From: an uncultured Clostridia bacterium
GTDB taxonomy: Bacteria; Bacillota; Clostridia; Christensenellales; UBA1242
DNA length: 64,000 nt
Direction of reading: 5' to 3'
Assembly (NCBI GenBank): GCA_944384405.1
Contig: CALWTH010000015.1
Coordinates: 90 to 64,089, forward strand
The position numbers and the translations under genes were made by a program. How positions within the stretch are numbered: the stretch's first letter is position 1; every line of letters begins with the position of its first letter. The notes under the pieces are model-generated. The model saw only the letters and a list, made by a program, of their open reading frames with translations, was not told the DNA's origin and did not search any database. Shown in pieces: positions 9,878-19,601 of the stretch.

Positions 9878-10564
9878 ATGGACAAGTTTGAAAAGGTAAT
9901 TAACTTAATAGGTAAAGAAAAGTTTGATATGTTGCAAAAATGTAATGTCATAATTTTTGGTGTTGGTGGAGTTGGTGGCTATGTTATTGAAGCACTTACT
10001 AGATGTGGAATAAATAACTTGACAATAGTTGATTTTGACAAAGTTGAACAATCAAATATTAATAGGCAAATCATAGCCCTTGATAGTACAGTTGGTGAGT
10101 ACAAAGTTGATGTTATGCAAAAAAGAATAGTTGACATAAATCAAAATTGCAAGGTAAAAAAAATTTGCAAAAAAATTGACATTAACAACATAGGAGAAAT
10201 AAATTTTAGTGATTATGATTTTGTGATTGACGCAGTTGACATGGTGTCTACAAAAGTTGCTATAATCAAAAAGGCAAAAGAATGTGGGGTAAAAATTATT
10301 TCATGTATGGGTACTGGAAACAAAATTGATGCAACAAAGATAAAAATTGATGATATATCAAAAACTGCAATGTGTCCACTTGCACGTGTTATGCGAAAGT
10401 TATTAAAAGAAGAGAACATAAAAGACGTACCTGTGCTTTTTTCAACTGAACAGCCAAGTGCAAAACTTATAGAACACAAGCCACAAAGTGTGATATTTGT
10501 TCCGGCATCTTCTGGTATACTTATAGCAAACTATGTATTTAATAAACTTTTGGAGGAAAAATGA
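9878..10564 (+). CDS. tcdA: tRNA threonylcarbamoyladenosine dehydratase (ThiF/MoeB-like E1 fold)
   Basis: GVGGVGGYVIEALTRCGINNLTIVDFDKVEQSNINRQ. Start moved to the ATG at 9878 because the ATG at 9866 lies inside the TGGAG RBS. Confidence 0.75.
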   Translation: MDKFEKVINLIGKEKFDMLQKCNVIIFGVGGVGGYVIEALTRCGINNLTIVDFDKVEQSNINRQIIALDSTVGEYKVDVMQKRIVDINQNCKVKKICKKIDINNIGEINFSDYDFVIDAVDMVSTKVAIIKKAKECGVKIISCMGTGNKIDATKIKIDDISKTAMCPLARVMRKLLKEENIKDVPVLFSTEQPSAKLIEHKPQSVIFVPASSGILIANYVFNKLLEEK

Positions 10565-11373
10565 ACGCTGATGATGTTATGCATAGCATAACTAAAAAAT
10601 TCAAAAAAACAATATACAAAAGATTTGTCCATGCTGTTGACCAGTACAAATTAATCCAAGATGGTGATGTGATAGCGGTGTGTATTTCTGGCGGAAAAGA
10701 TAGTTTTTTGCTTGCCAAATGTATGCAGGTATTAAAAGCACATTGGAACAAAAATTTTGAAATAAAATATGTATGCATGGATCCAGGTTATTTACCAAAA
10801 AATAGAAAACTCATTGAAGACAATGCCAAAAATCTTGGTATTGATTTACACATTTTTTCTAGTCCAATTTTTGATGTTGTTAGTGATGTAACAAAATCTC
10901 CATGCTATCTTTGTGCAAGGATGCGCAGAGGGTATTTATATGAATATGCAAAATCTTTGGGTTGCAACAAAATTGCACTTGGACATCATTTTGATGACGC
11001 TATTGAAACAACGCTACTTAGTATGTTTTATGGTGGGCAGTTTAAGACAATGATGCCAAAGTTAAAGAGCACAAACCATAAGGGAATGGAGTTAATTAGG
11101 CCACTTTATATGGTTCGTGAGCAAGATATTATTCATTGGGCAAAATATAATAATCTAACTTTTTTGAATTGTGCATGCAAACTTACAGAAGGTGTGAGTA
11201 CGGGTAAGTTAAGTTCAAAGCGAAAAGAAATTAAAGACTTGATTGCGACACTAAAGCAAACAATACCGGCAGTTGACAATAATATTTTTAAAAGTTTGGA
11301 TAGTGTTTGTCTTGATACTATACTTGGCTATGTCAAAAATCAAAAGCACATAAGTTTTTTAGACGAGTATTAA
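10561..11373 (+). CDS. ttcA: TtcA-family PP-loop tRNA thiolase
   Basis: PP-loop SGGKDS and SPCYLCARMRRG motif. ATGA overlap with tcdA. Confidence 0.8.
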   Translation: MNADDVMHSITKKFKKTIYKRFVHAVDQYKLIQDGDVIAVCISGGKDSFLLAKCMQVLKAHWNKNFEIKYVCMDPGYLPKNRKLIEDNAKNLGIDLHIFSSPIFDVVSDVTKSPCYLCARMRRGYLYEYAKSLGCNKIALGHHFDDAIETTLLSMFYGGQFKTMMPKLKSTNHKGMELIRPLYMVREQDIIHWAKYNNLTFLNCACKLTEGVSTGKLSSKRKEIKDLIATLKQTIPAVDNNIFKSLDSVCLDTILGYVKNQKHISFLDEY

Positions 11374-11894
11374 AATTCAACACCAAATTTTTTATATAAG
11401 TAGTCGTTTAAAATACCATTGAGCATCTCTAATTTTTCACTTTCACTACCTTTATTTTCAAATAGAATGTGAGATGCTCCATATATGAAAAATGAGATAT
11501 AAAGTTGTTTTTCAGTTGTGTTAATAGTGTTTTTATAGTCTTCAAAAAGTTTTTTCTCACATTTTTTTATGAGAACATCATATCTATTTTTGAAAAGGAT
11601 ATGGATTTGTTCGCAGTTGAATGAGTTGTATATTTCATACACAAGTTTTTTAATGTTCAAAAGAGCACCACTATGCTTTGGCAGTATTTTAAATTTTTCT
11701 TCAATAACTTTGTTTTCAATATAGTCAGAAAAAGCATACACATCACAAAAATAATTGTAAAATGTAGTTTTATTTACCATGGCATTTTCACAAAGCGTTT
11801 TTATTTTAATTTGTTCAAGGGAATTAACTTTTCTTAATTCATAAAACGCTTTTTCAAGTCCCGAAAGTGTCTTTTTTACTCTTAAATCTTGCAA
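11370..11894 (-). CDS. TetR-family transcriptional regulator
   Basis: HTH segment IKTLCENAMVNKTTFYNYF. Start set to the TTG at 11894 because AAAGGAGAA lies 7 nt upstream; the ORF-track start at 11912 would place that RBS inside the coding region. Confidence 0.7.
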   Translation of the reverse strand: MQDLRVKKTLSGLEKAFYELRKVNSLEQIKIKTLCENAMVNKTTFYNYFCDVYAFSDYIENKVIEEKFKILPKHSGALLNIKKLVYEIYNSFNCEQIHILFKNRYDVLIKKCEKKLFEDYKNTINTTEKQLYISFFIYGASHILFENKGSESEKLEMLNGILNDYLYKKFGVEF

Positions 11895-11967
11895 TGTACT
11901 TCTCCTTTTCAACTTTTTTTAAAAAAAGTTTAATAAGCAACTTATATATTAAACTGTAGTTGTTTAA

Positions 11968-11996
11968 TTGACACAAGTTTGATATAAATATATTAT
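11968..11996 (+). promoter_or_regulatory. promoter of the MacB-like ABC operon
   Basis: TTGACA (11968..11973), 17 nt, TATTAT (11991..11996). Confidence 0.5.
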
Positions 11997-12006
11997 CATA
12001 AAGATG

Positions 12007-12028
12007 TAAACTTATCAAGTAAAGTTTA
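12007..12028 (+). promoter_or_regulatory. candidate TetR operator
   Basis: TAAACTT (12007..12013) and AAGTTTA (12022..12028) form an inverted repeat just downstream of the -10 box, next to the divergent TetR gene. Confidence 0.35.
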
Positions 12029-12047
12029 TAAAGAAAAGGAGTTCAAA

Positions 12048-12749
12048 ATGGCATACTTAAAACTTGAACATGTGAAAAAGGTATACACTTCACAGGCTGG
12101 AAGTTATGTAGCACTTGATGATATAAATTTTGAATTGGACAAAGGAAAATTTGTTGTGATTTTGGGTCCTAGTGGTGCTGGGAAGACCACACTACTTAAC
12201 CTTCTTGGTGGCATGGATAGTGCAACAGAAGGAGAAATTATTGTTGACGATAGTGATATAGCGCGTTATGACAAAAAGAAACTCACATTATATAGACGAA
12301 AAGATGTGGGATTTGTATTTCAATTTTATAATCTTATGCCTAATTTGACGGCACTTGAAAATGTTGAACTTGCAACTGAAATATGCAAAGATGCACTTGA
12401 TCCCAAAAAAGTTCTTGAAGATGTTGGGCTTGGTGACAGACTAAAATATTTTCCAGCACAATTAAGTGGTGGGGAGCAACAACGCGTATCAATTGCAAGG
12501 GCGATTGCAAAAAACGCACAAATTCTGCTTTGTGATGAGCCAACAGGAGCGCTTGATTACAATACAGGCAAAAATGTATTGAAAATTTTATATGAAGTTT
12601 CAAAACAGCAAAATAAACTTGTCATTGTTGTCACGCACAACCAGGCTTTAAAAGATATGGCAGATGAAGTAATCAGCATAAAAAATGGTAAAATTGAAAG
12701 TATTGTTCTAAACAAAAATCCAAAGCCTATCATGGAGATTGAATGGTAA
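12048..12749 (+). CDS. ABC transporter ATP-binding protein (MacB/LolD-like)
   Basis: Walker A GPSGAGKTT, signature LSGGEQQR, Walker B LLCDEPTGALD. Confidence 0.9.
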   Translation: MAYLKLEHVKKVYTSQAGSYVALDDINFELDKGKFVVILGPSGAGKTTLLNLLGGMDSATEGEIIVDDSDIARYDKKKLTLYRRKDVGFVFQFYNLMPNLTALENVELATEICKDALDPKKVLEDVGLGDRLKYFPAQLSGGEQQRVSIARAIAKNAQILLCDEPTGALDYNTGKNVLKILYEVSKQQNKLVIVVTHNQALKDMADEVISIKNGKIESIVLNKNPKPIMEIEW

Positions 12750-14524
12750 TGAAAAAGTATGACAAAACAACTTTCAGACTTTTCAAAAGTCAAATAACAA
12801 GATTTTTGACGCTTATTGCTATGATTTTCATAAGCGTGAGTTTTATGTCGGGGATTGGGGAAAGTCAAAGCAAAATTCAAAGTTCACTTACACAGTATTA
12901 TCAAGAACAAAACATTCCTGACTTCATCTTGAAAAGTAATAGTGGTAATTTCACTGATGAAGATATTGAAAATTACAAACAGCAGTTTGGAGAAGATAAT
13001 GTTTTGCCTCTTTTTAATTTGGACTTTGAAATAGGCGGTAAAATTTATAGAATATATAAGTATGACATTGAAAACTCACAAATAAATAAACTTGAACTTT
13101 TGGACGGAGAGTATCCAAAAAGTGCAAATGAAATTGTTGTTGAACAAAAAAAAGACAACTTATATAGTTATGAAATAGGGGAAAATGTTGAAGTTGACTT
13201 GTTTGGTTTCAAACAAAATTTCACAGTAAGTGGTATTGTCCAAAATCCACTTCTTATAAACAAATACAAAGAGCCAAGCACAAATTATCCAGATCGCTCA
13301 ATTGATTATGTTTTATACCTATCAGATAAAACTATGTTGCCATTGCCAAGCACTGACATTTATATTAAAATTGATGATAGAACGCTTTTTGAAAACTATT
13401 CAGGAGCGTATAAAGATTTTATAGATAACCAAGTTATTACACTTGAAAGCAACAATGTAACAGTTCTCACTTTATACCAAAACTACGGACTATATTCACT
13501 AAATGAGTATGCAAAAAAAGTTGGCATGATTGGTGTGATATTTTCAGTGTTTTTTATGCTGGTAACAATTTTGGTTGTGTATTCAAGTATGACAAGGCTT
13601 TTTGACGAAGAACGTTCACAAATTGCGTGTTTAAAAACGCTAGGGTATTCAAGTTTAAGAATACTTAGTAAATATCTATTGTTCATCACTTTGGTAACAA
13701 TCATAGGCTCATTACTTGCATTTGGAGTCGCAACAGGTCTTACAAATATCCTTTACAGTACATTTGAAATACAATTTGTTATGCCACCAAGCATTGAAAC
13801 GGCGACCTTTTTAAATTTTGTGATGATTGCGTGTGCGTACATTTTGGTTGATTTCTTTGTCACACTATTTACAGGGCTTAATATAACAAAAAATAAGCCG
13901 GCGACATTATTATTACCAAAAGCGCCACCATCAGGAAGAAGAACTTTACTTGAAAAAATACCTTTTATATGGAATAGACTAAGTTTTAAATACAAATCCA
14001 GTTTCAGAAATGTATTCTTGTTTCGTAGCAGGTTTTTTATGACACTTATATCAATTATTGGTTCAACAATACTTGTTTTTGCAGGGCTTGGGCTTTTAGA
14101 TTGTGCCATAGCACAAAGCGAACTTGGCTCAATAGAATATATATCTGTATTTTTGATAGTGTTTGCAGCACTTTTGTGTGCACTTGTGATATACAATCTT
14201 TCAAACATCAACATAAGCGAGAGAAGGCGAGAGATTGCAACACTTATGGTGCTTGGCTACACGAATAGAGAAGTGACGGGGTATATTTTCCGTGAAATAT
14301 ATATTATCAGCATAATCGCAGCAATTTTAGGTGTGCCGCTTGGTGTGGGATTTTTGTACTTTTTGTTTAACTACATTTCATTTGGAGCGCTTTCAAGTGT
14401 GAATTGGTGGTCATATGTTTTGGCACCAATTGCAACAATATTCTTTACATTTTTATCTACGCTTATGCTTAGACGCAAAATTACAAAAACAGATATGAAC
14501 GCATCACTTAAATCTGTTGAATAA
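12743..14524 (+). CDS. FtsX-family ABC transporter permease
   Basis: 593 aa with an N-terminal TM, an extracytoplasmic domain and two FtsX-like helix bundles. Overlaps the ATPase stop; the start could be the ATG at 12743 or 12749. Confidence 0.75.
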   Translation: MVMKKYDKTTFRLFKSQITRFLTLIAMIFISVSFMSGIGESQSKIQSSLTQYYQEQNIPDFILKSNSGNFTDEDIENYKQQFGEDNVLPLFNLDFEIGGKIYRIYKYDIENSQINKLELLDGEYPKSANEIVVEQKKDNLYSYEIGENVEVDLFGFKQNFTVSGIVQNPLLINKYKEPSTNYPDRSIDYVLYLSDKTMLPLPSTDIYIKIDDRTLFENYSGAYKDFIDNQVITLESNNVTVLTLYQNYGLYSLNEYAKKVGMIGVIFSVFFMLVTILVVYSSMTRLFDEERSQIACLKTLGYSSLRILSKYLLFITLVTIIGSLLAFGVATGLTNILYSTFEIQFVMPPSIETATFLNFVMIACAYILVDFFVTLFTGLNITKNKPATLLLPKAPPSGRRTLLEKIPFIWNRLSFKYKSSFRNVFLFRSRFFMTLISIIGSTILVFAGLGLLDCAIAQSELGSIEYISVFLIVFAALLCALVIYNLSNINISERRREIATLMVLGYTNREVTGYIFREIYIISIIAAILGVPLGVGFLYFLFNYISFGALSSVNWWSYVLAPIATIFFTFLSTLMLRRKITKTDMNASLKSVE

Positions 14525-14579
14525 CTTGACTTTTTTTAAAAAAATATGTATACAAAGATGTATAAACTTTCAAGGAGTT

Positions 14580-15581
14580 ATGATGAAAAAAGTACTTACC
14601 GGAATTAAGCCAACAGGCATTGCACACCTTGGAAATTATTTTGGTGCGATTAAACCTGCCATTGAACTTAGCAAAAATAGCGAATATGAGTGTTATTATT
14701 TCATTGCGGATTATCATGCGCTAACCACTGTGCAAAACAAAGAAGAATTATATGAATACACATACCATATCGCATGCACATGGCTTGCATGCGGACTTGA
14801 TCCTGAAAAAGTTGTTTTATATAAGCAGTCAGATGTTCCACAAACTTTTGAACTTTCAACAATACTCTCAAACTTAACACCAAAAGGGCTTATGAATAGG
14901 GCACATGCCTATAAAGCAAAAGTTGAAGCAAATGAAGAGTTGGGTGAAGACAAAGATAACGGCGTAAACATGGGACTATATTGCTATCCAATTCTTATGA
15001 CGGCGGATATTTTGCTTCTTGATTCTGACTTTGTCCCAGTTGGTGTTGACCAAAAACAACATATTGAGATTGCTCGTGATGTTGCTGGCTATTTTAACAA
15101 AAAGTTTGGCAACACATTTTCATTACCACAAGAACTAATTTCTGAAAGCGTTGGAGTACTTACTGGAATTGATGGCAGAAAAATGAGTAAAAGTTATGGC
15201 AATACTATTCCAATTTTTGCTGATGAAGGAAAACTTAAAAAACTTGTAAACAGAATTGTCACAGATAGCACGGCACCAGATGAACCAAAGTCGTTAGATA
15301 ACACAATTTTCAAACTTTACAAACTTTTTGCAACAAAACAACAAACCGAAGAGTTCGCCGAAAAACTTCAAAAAGGTATTTCATGGGGCGAGGCAAAATC
15401 AGAACTTTTTACACTTATGAATAGTTATCTTTCACCAATGCGTGAAAAATACAACTATCTGCAATCACATCGTGAAGTTGTTGACGAAATATTGAAAAAG
15501 GGTGCAGAAAAAGCACGCCAAATTGCACAGAACACAATAGCCAAAGTTCGTAACGCTATTGGGGTAGTGGAAATAAAATAA
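14580..15581 (+). CDS. trpS: tryptophanyl-tRNA synthetase
   Basis: HLGN (HIGH-class) and KMSKS motifs. Start at MMKKVLTGIKPTG after AAGGAG. Confidence 0.9.
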   Translation: MMKKVLTGIKPTGIAHLGNYFGAIKPAIELSKNSEYECYYFIADYHALTTVQNKEELYEYTYHIACTWLACGLDPEKVVLYKQSDVPQTFELSTILSNLTPKGLMNRAHAYKAKVEANEELGEDKDNGVNMGLYCYPILMTADILLLDSDFVPVGVDQKQHIEIARDVAGYFNKKFGNTFSLPQELISESVGVLTGIDGRKMSKSYGNTIPIFADEGKLKKLVNRIVTDSTAPDEPKSLDNTIFKLYKLFATKQQTEEFAEKLQKGISWGEAKSELFTLMNSYLSPMREKYNYLQSHREVVDEILKKGAEKARQIAQNTIAKVRNAIGVVEIK

Positions 15582-15591
15582 AAGAAATAAA

Positions 15592-15626
15592 AAATCTAAA
15601 ACGTTATATGTTTTAGATTTTTTTTA
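15592..15626 (+). terminator. rho-independent terminator after trpS
   Basis: AAATCTAAAAC / GTTTTAGATTT stem followed by a T-run. Confidence 0.7.
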
Positions 15627-15705
15627 CATTTACAAAATATTTGTAGATGTGAAATTTAAGTTGAATTAGGTATATTTTAACACATAAGATGATTTTATGT
15701 TTTTA

Positions 15706-15772
15706 TGTTATAATTTATAATATGAAATATCATTATTTGAAAATTCCTATTATTAAATGAATATTCCTATTA
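15706..15772 (+). promoter_or_regulatory. putative promoter/operator region of the XRE gene
   Basis: Extended -10 TGTTATAAT (15706..15714). Direct repeats ATTCCTATTA at 15743..15752 and 15763..15772, 20 bp apart. Confidence 0.25.
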
Positions 15773-15846
15773 AAAATATGTTTTCTTTTTACTACTAATC
15801 TATATAATTTATAGTGTTTAATCAAATTTTAAAAGGAGAACAATTT

Positions 15847-16935
15847 ATGTTTAAGTTTAACAAAGTTAGGCAAAAAATTGGTAAAAATCTATGTAATTTA
15901 AGAAAGTCAAAGGGGCAAAGGCAAGGAGATTTTGCAGTTATGTTAAATAGAGTCTTAAAAGACAAATATTTAATAGATTATAATTATGACTGCAAAACTA
16001 TCAGCAATTGGGAACAGGGCAAGTCGATGCCAAAACTTGATGTGCTTATTGCAATTTGTAAGGAGTATAACTTAAGTTTGGATGAGTTGCTAAAAGACAA
16101 AATTGATGATGTTGTATCACATTCCAGTTTCTCAGCATCTGATGAAGAAATTCTAAATAATTTTTTAGATAATAAATATGTTTGTGTAAAGTCAAACAAT
16201 AATTTCGTCAGCAGTTTCAACCCAGAAATGTATAAATATGGACAACTGTCATATTTGGCAGACAACATTGTAGAATATAGAAGTTCATTAAGTAAAAATT
16301 TTAGTTTTACAAACGCAACAAAAGAAGTTCAAATTGTTGTTGGGATATTGGATGTAAACGAGGGAAAAAGAGAATTGCATTATTTGGGCAATGGAGAAAA
16401 TGACATTGTGAGTGTAGAAAATATTCCGAGTAATTATTCCATTTTTGAAATTGAAAACAATTATATAATTAATTCAATACTTTATTCACAAATAAAAAAT
16501 GAAAATATGGATAAAGTTATTAAATTGGGGAATGGCAAAACTTACATTTTAAGTGGAAACGATATAAGTTTTGACTATGATGTACAACAATTCAAATTCA
16601 AAAAAGAAGAAATACCAGAAGACTTAGAATTTTATGGATTGACAAAAGATGATGATTGGACAAACTATGCCATATTAAAAGGACATTACATATTAGATGA
16701 TGTTAATTTGTTTGATTTTGTTAGTTCTGGAATTTGTTATCACGAAAAGTCAAAAGTTTTTGAAGTTGTTTTAACTGGAAAAATAAAGGTTACCGATGCT
16801 CAACTTGTAAAGATATTATCAGATGATTATAAACATAGATTAATTCAATGTTTATCTATAATATCAGATGATTCAATTTGCGGACAATTAAAAAATGAAA
16901 TAATAAATTATGAAATAAAGAAGAGAAATGATTAG
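15847..16935 (+). CDS. XRE-family HTH protein with a ~290-aa uncharacterised C-terminal domain
   Basis: HTH segment LRKSKGQRQGDFAVML...TISNWEQGKSMPKLDVLIAICKEYNLSLDELL. Start at MFKFNK after AAAGGAG. No recognisable motif in the C-terminal domain. Confidence 0.65.
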   Translation: MFKFNKVRQKIGKNLCNLRKSKGQRQGDFAVMLNRVLKDKYLIDYNYDCKTISNWEQGKSMPKLDVLIAICKEYNLSLDELLKDKIDDVVSHSSFSASDEEILNNFLDNKYVCVKSNNNFVSSFNPEMYKYGQLSYLADNIVEYRSSLSKNFSFTNATKEVQIVVGILDVNEGKRELHYLGNGENDIVSVENIPSNYSIFEIENNYIINSILYSQIKNENMDKVIKLGNGKTYILSGNDISFDYDVQQFKFKKEEIPEDLEFYGLTKDDDWTNYAILKGHYILDDVNLFDFVSSGICYHEKSKVFEVVLTGKIKVTDAQLVKILSDDYKHRLIQCLSIISDDSICGQLKNEIINYEIKKRND

Positions 16936-17018
16936 TATTTTTTGATTTATTATTAAAAATATAAAAAAATAAGAACGAAAAAATTTTAAAAAATAATAAA
17001 CAAATTTAGGAGATAAAT

Positions 17019-18329
17019 ATGAAAAAATACATAATTGAAACATTATTAAAATTAAATCAAAATGATAAAAATCAAATTTTAAAAATAAATAGTGAGAATC
17101 TATATAAAAATGGTGGAATGCTTGAAAATGAAGGTATATTACCATATGATTATATTGTAGTTGCAAGATTAAACGAAGATATAATTGCTTATTGTTATTT
17201 GAGAAAAAACTTTGATAAAGAAAAGGATATGTATGTGCCACAAATCGCCATAGGTAAAGATTATCAAGGCTATGGAATTGGTAAAAAAATATATGAATAT
17301 GTTTTTAAACATTTAAAAGGTTTTGATTCAATAAGTTGTCATATAAGAATTTATAATCCAGAGTCAAAATCTTTTCACGAAAGTTGTGGTTTTTCTGTTA
17401 AACTTGATATGCGATTTATAAATAATTATATTGCAACAAAAAAAGTTACTGAAAATGATTTGCTTAGTTTTGACGAGGCGCAACCAGAAGAACAATTCAT
17501 TGACGATAGTAGTTTAAAACTTATGGGTGCCATAATCGGAGATATAGTGGGCTCACCATATGAATTTATGAGTTTGAAATTAAAAAATTTTCCATTATTC
17601 AATAACTATTGCCGCTTTACTGATGATACCATTATGACCTGTGCAATTGCTCAAAGTTTAATTGACTGCAATGGAAATTATAGCAATCTTGGTAAAATAA
17701 CAATAGTCAATATGCATGAAATAGGTAAACATTATTACAAAACAGCGGGATATGGTGGAATGTTCTATGAGTGGCTTATTTCAGGTAGTGTAAAGCCTTA
17801 TAATTCTTTTGGTAATGGAAGTGCAATGCGCATAAGTGCTATTCCTTATGTTGCAAAAAGTTTGGAAGAAGTAAAAGAATTGTCAAGAAAAGTAACCGAG
17901 ATAACACATAATCACCCAGAAGGAATAAAAGGAGCAGAAGCAACAGCCGTCGCTGAATGGATGGCCTTAAATGGAAGTAGCAAAGAAGAAATTAGAAAGT
18001 ATATTGATGAAAATTATTATCCAATGAATTATGACGAAAATGATTTGTTAGAGAATTATAAATTTGAAGGTTCATGTCAGGAAAGTGTTCCACAAAGTAT
18101 TTTTGCCTTTTTGATTTCAACATCATACGAGGACGCCATAAGAAAAGTTATTTCATGGGGTGGGGACACCGATACCATGGGTGCAATAACCGGTGGGATT
18201 GCAGGAGCATATTATGGCATTCCAAAAGACATTGAAAGAAAAGGACTGGAATATTTAGATGAAAGAATGCTAAAAATCGTTAAAGATTTCAATAAGATGA
18301 TAAATAAAAAGTACAATGAAAAAACATGA
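17019..18329 (+). CDS. GNAT acetyltransferase fused to an ADP-ribosylglycohydrolase (ARH/DraG-family) domain
   Basis: N-terminal GNAT motif A (QIAIGKDYQGYGIGKKIYEYV). C-terminal ARH motifs GAIIGDIVGSPYEF, FTDDTIMT, GNGSAMRI and GGDTDTMGAITGGIAGAYYG. AGGAG RBS. Confidence 0.75.
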   Translation: MKKYIIETLLKLNQNDKNQILKINSENLYKNGGMLENEGILPYDYIVVARLNEDIIAYCYLRKNFDKEKDMYVPQIAIGKDYQGYGIGKKIYEYVFKHLKGFDSISCHIRIYNPESKSFHESCGFSVKLDMRFINNYIATKKVTENDLLSFDEAQPEEQFIDDSSLKLMGAIIGDIVGSPYEFMSLKLKNFPLFNNYCRFTDDTIMTCAIAQSLIDCNGNYSNLGKITIVNMHEIGKHYYKTAGYGGMFYEWLISGSVKPYNSFGNGSAMRISAIPYVAKSLEEVKELSRKVTEITHNHPEGIKGAEATAVAEWMALNGSSKEEIRKYIDENYYPMNYDENDLLENYKFEGSCQESVPQSIFAFLISTSYEDAIRKVISWGGDTDTMGAITGGIAGAYYGIPKDIERKGLEYLDERMLKIVKDFNKMINKKYNEKT

Positions 18330-18395
18330 AGCAAAGTGAATTATTGAAAATTTGATGTGATACCAAAAATTTAGATTTAATGTGGTGAGGTTAAT

Positions 18396-19526
18396 ATGTT
18401 TTTTGCTTGGAAATTATTCGATGAAGAAATAGATAAATTATTAGAAAGAAAGTCAAAGTATAGTGGTGATGACTTTTATAATAAATATTTTCTTAATGAT
18501 TTGCAAAAAAAGATTGAAAAACACTTTTTTTTAGAACAACGAGTAAATGAGGTGTTTAATTTATTACAAAGTCAATTCAAACTTAGTGAAGAAACATTAA
18601 AAAGTATTTTTCTTCCAAATTCAAGTTTGTTTAAATTGTCAAACAAAGAAATAATGTTAAGATTTAGATATTACATTGATTTTTTTGGAAACATAGACCT
18701 TTTATGTAAAGTTATAAAAAATTCAAGCGTGATATATCGTAAAAATATATTATTTAGTTGGAAGGATATGCATCAAGCCCAAAAACAATTTGATTGGTTA
18801 AAAGATTTTTTTAATTTAAACGAAAATGAAACAAGGCTTTTTATAATTTATAATACATATTTTTTTGTAACAGAACCTAAAAAACTAGAAGAAAAAGTAA
18901 ATGATTATGCAAGAGTTCTTGGAGTAGGTATTGATGTTATAAAACATATTTGTTTATTTTCTCCAATAAGATTTTATAGCATAGTCGAGAGCTTAGAAGA
19001 AAATATAAATGGTTTTTCAAAAATTTTTGATATAGATATAAGTAAAACAAAAGAAATATTTGTAAAATATCCATTTATAATAGATAGGCAAATTACAACA
19101 TTTAGGTATTGTTTTAACATATTAAAAAAATATTCAAAAAATATTTCTTTATTGATGACAGAAAATCCCTTTATTATCAATTTACTTGATTATGAAGGGA
19201 AAAAATACAATGGCGATTTTGACACTTTTGAAGAATTTATTGAGAGTATTGAGTTTATAGAACAAAATATTGGGACAATTATTAGGACATATACTTATGT
19301 ATGCTATAGCAAATTGTATTCATTTTGTATTGTGAAAAAAAATAACGATGTTATAGAATGTATAATTTTTGGGCTGAAGAGTGATAAATTTAACACTAAA
19401 GTTTCAAATTCGTATGCTTATAGAAAATGGATTTTTCCATACTATACTCTTAAAAGTTGCCGAGAAATCTATGTTGAAGAGAGAATTAAAGAAATATTAT
19501 TAGATATTTCTGCGCAAGTAGAATAA
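18396..19526 (+). CDS. hypothetical protein with mTERF-like ~32-aa helical repeats
   Basis: Repeating pattern such as LGVGIDVIKHICLFSPIRFYSIVESLEENINGF / FDIDISKTKEIFVKYPFIIDRQITTFRYCFNIL / SKNISLLMTENPFIINLL. The assignment is by eye only. Confidence 0.35.
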   Translation: MFFAWKLFDEEIDKLLERKSKYSGDDFYNKYFLNDLQKKIEKHFFLEQRVNEVFNLLQSQFKLSEETLKSIFLPNSSLFKLSNKEIMLRFRYYIDFFGNIDLLCKVIKNSSVIYRKNILFSWKDMHQAQKQFDWLKDFFNLNENETRLFIIYNTYFFVTEPKKLEEKVNDYARVLGVGIDVIKHICLFSPIRFYSIVESLEENINGFSKIFDIDISKTKEIFVKYPFIIDRQITTFRYCFNILKKYSKNISLLMTENPFIINLLDYEGKKYNGDFDTFEEFIESIEFIEQNIGTIIRTYTYVCYSKLYSFCIVKKNNDVIECIIFGLKSDKFNTKVSNSYAYRKWIFPYYTLKSCREIYVEERIKEILLDISAQVE

Positions 19527-19544
19527 AAATTTTTATAAAAAGTT

Positions 19545-19587
19545 GCTTGTGGTGGGATTTGAACCCACATGAAGTTGCCCTCGCGGG
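19545..19587 (-). pseudogene. orphan 3' half of a tRNA-Leu gene (variable arm, T-arm, acceptor 3' strand)
   Basis: 19561..19587 is identical over 27 nt to 19751..19777 of the intact tRNA-Leu. The T-loop (TTCAAAT) and acceptor strand (CACAAGC) differ, there is no CCA, and no 5' half is present. Confidence 0.7.
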
Positions 19588-19601
19588 GGCGACGCGTAAA
19601 G

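Noticed and set aside
11911-11930. Perfect 20-bp palindrome AACTTTTTTTAAAAAAAGTT upstream of the TetR gene
   Set aside because: It is almost pure A/T homopolymer symmetry, which is expected by chance in AT-rich intergenic DNA. The TAAACTT/AAGTTTA repeat near the ABC promoter is a more credible operator.
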